NCBI GenBank assembly: GCA_030390025.1
Contig: CM059438.1
Coordinates: forward strand, 61,568,001 to 61,632,000
DNA length: 64,000 bases
Direction: 5' to 3'
Origin: Squalus acanthias
Lineage: Eukaryota
Shown here: one piece after another, positions 63,573 to 64,000 of the stretch
How the letters are laid out: the number at the start of each line of letters is the position of its first letter
Numbering within the stretch: the stretch's first letter is position 1
Translations under genes and position numbers: made by a program
Notes under the pieces: generated by a model
What the model saw: only the letters and a program-made list of their open reading frames with translations
The model's database searches: none
What the model was told of the DNA's origin: nothing

Positions 63573-63805
63573 TGTGGCGGATCACCACCTAAACGGGCGC
63601 AATCCACTTTTCCGTCCGTGGACAATAAATCGGGCACCTTGCCTTTAAGGCGCATGCTGCCTTTAAGGCAGGGAAAAAAGGAGTGGGCGTGGCCCTCAGA
63701 GTTTGCAGAGAAATGTTCGCAGCCATTTTACCAGAGATGTGATTAAAAGCCATGTGTTCCACTTATTGACTCGGCTTCAATTCGTGCTTCGCGACAACCA
63801 CAACA
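63573..63805 (+). repeat. 3' LTR
   Basis: Follows the PPT; followed by TSD ACCT. Confidence 0.95.
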
Positions 63806-63918
63806 ACCTTTGCTTTTGCCCTACTTACAAGTGCCTAACCGACTGTGTCAACATGAACATTTTTAACTTTACATTATGTTTTGGTTTAAACTTTGAATTA
63901 TTCTGTACTTCTTTGTAG

Positions 63919-63972
63919 TCTGAACATAAGGAGATAGTGCCAGGAGTTGATACAAAGAATGATGACATTCAG
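63919..63972 (+). CDS. Host gene exon G (SEHKEIVPGVDTKNDDIQ); gene continues beyond the window
   Basis: ttctgtacttctttgtag| ... CAG|gtaaat; 54 nt, phase 0-0. Confidence 0.68.
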
Positions 63973-64000
63973 GTAAATACAACCTAAAATTGCTTTGTAG

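Larger units (their letters stand above)
59486..63805 (+). mobile_element. Complete Ty3/Gypsy LTR retrotransposon (4320 bp)
   Basis: 233-bp TG..CA LTRs, TSD ACCT, PBS tggtgaccccgacg (59720-59733), PPT ggggggag, domain order PR-RT-RH-INT. Confidence 0.96.

Noticed and set aside
59871..63746. Many overlapping alternative-frame and antisense ORFs in the Gypsy element
   Set aside because: Shadow ORFs of GC-rich coding sequence

Overview
This is vertebrate genomic DNA, most likely a cartilaginous fish (shark), inferred from HE1-type V-SINEs, SacSINE1-like DeuSINEs and abundant CR1 LINEs. Most of the window is transposable elements, often nested. These include CR1 LINEs (one near full length with an SGNH-esterase ORF1), an L2, a Tx1/L1 fragment and three SINE superfamilies. 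PIF/Harbinger elements are also present: one intact 414-aa transposase ORF, Myb/SANT partner-gene remnants and several MITEs with 3-bp TSDs. Penelope-like elements carry minimal hammerhead ribozymes, and a complete but mutated compact Ty3/Gypsy element has a tRNA-Trp PBS. A CpG island at about 35.3-36.1 kb contains a tandem array of CRE palindromes. Downstream of it I could assemble by eye a phase-consistent chain of 7 plus-strand coding exons (45.6-64.0 kb, 263 codons, running off the window) for a protein I do not recognise. The most notable observations are hammerhead-bearing Penelope insertions down to 118 bp, a 27-bp Penelope micro-insertion, a covarying hairpin inside a MITE family, the CRE tandem-repeat promoter, and several short local duplications. 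All family names come from motif recognition, not database searches.
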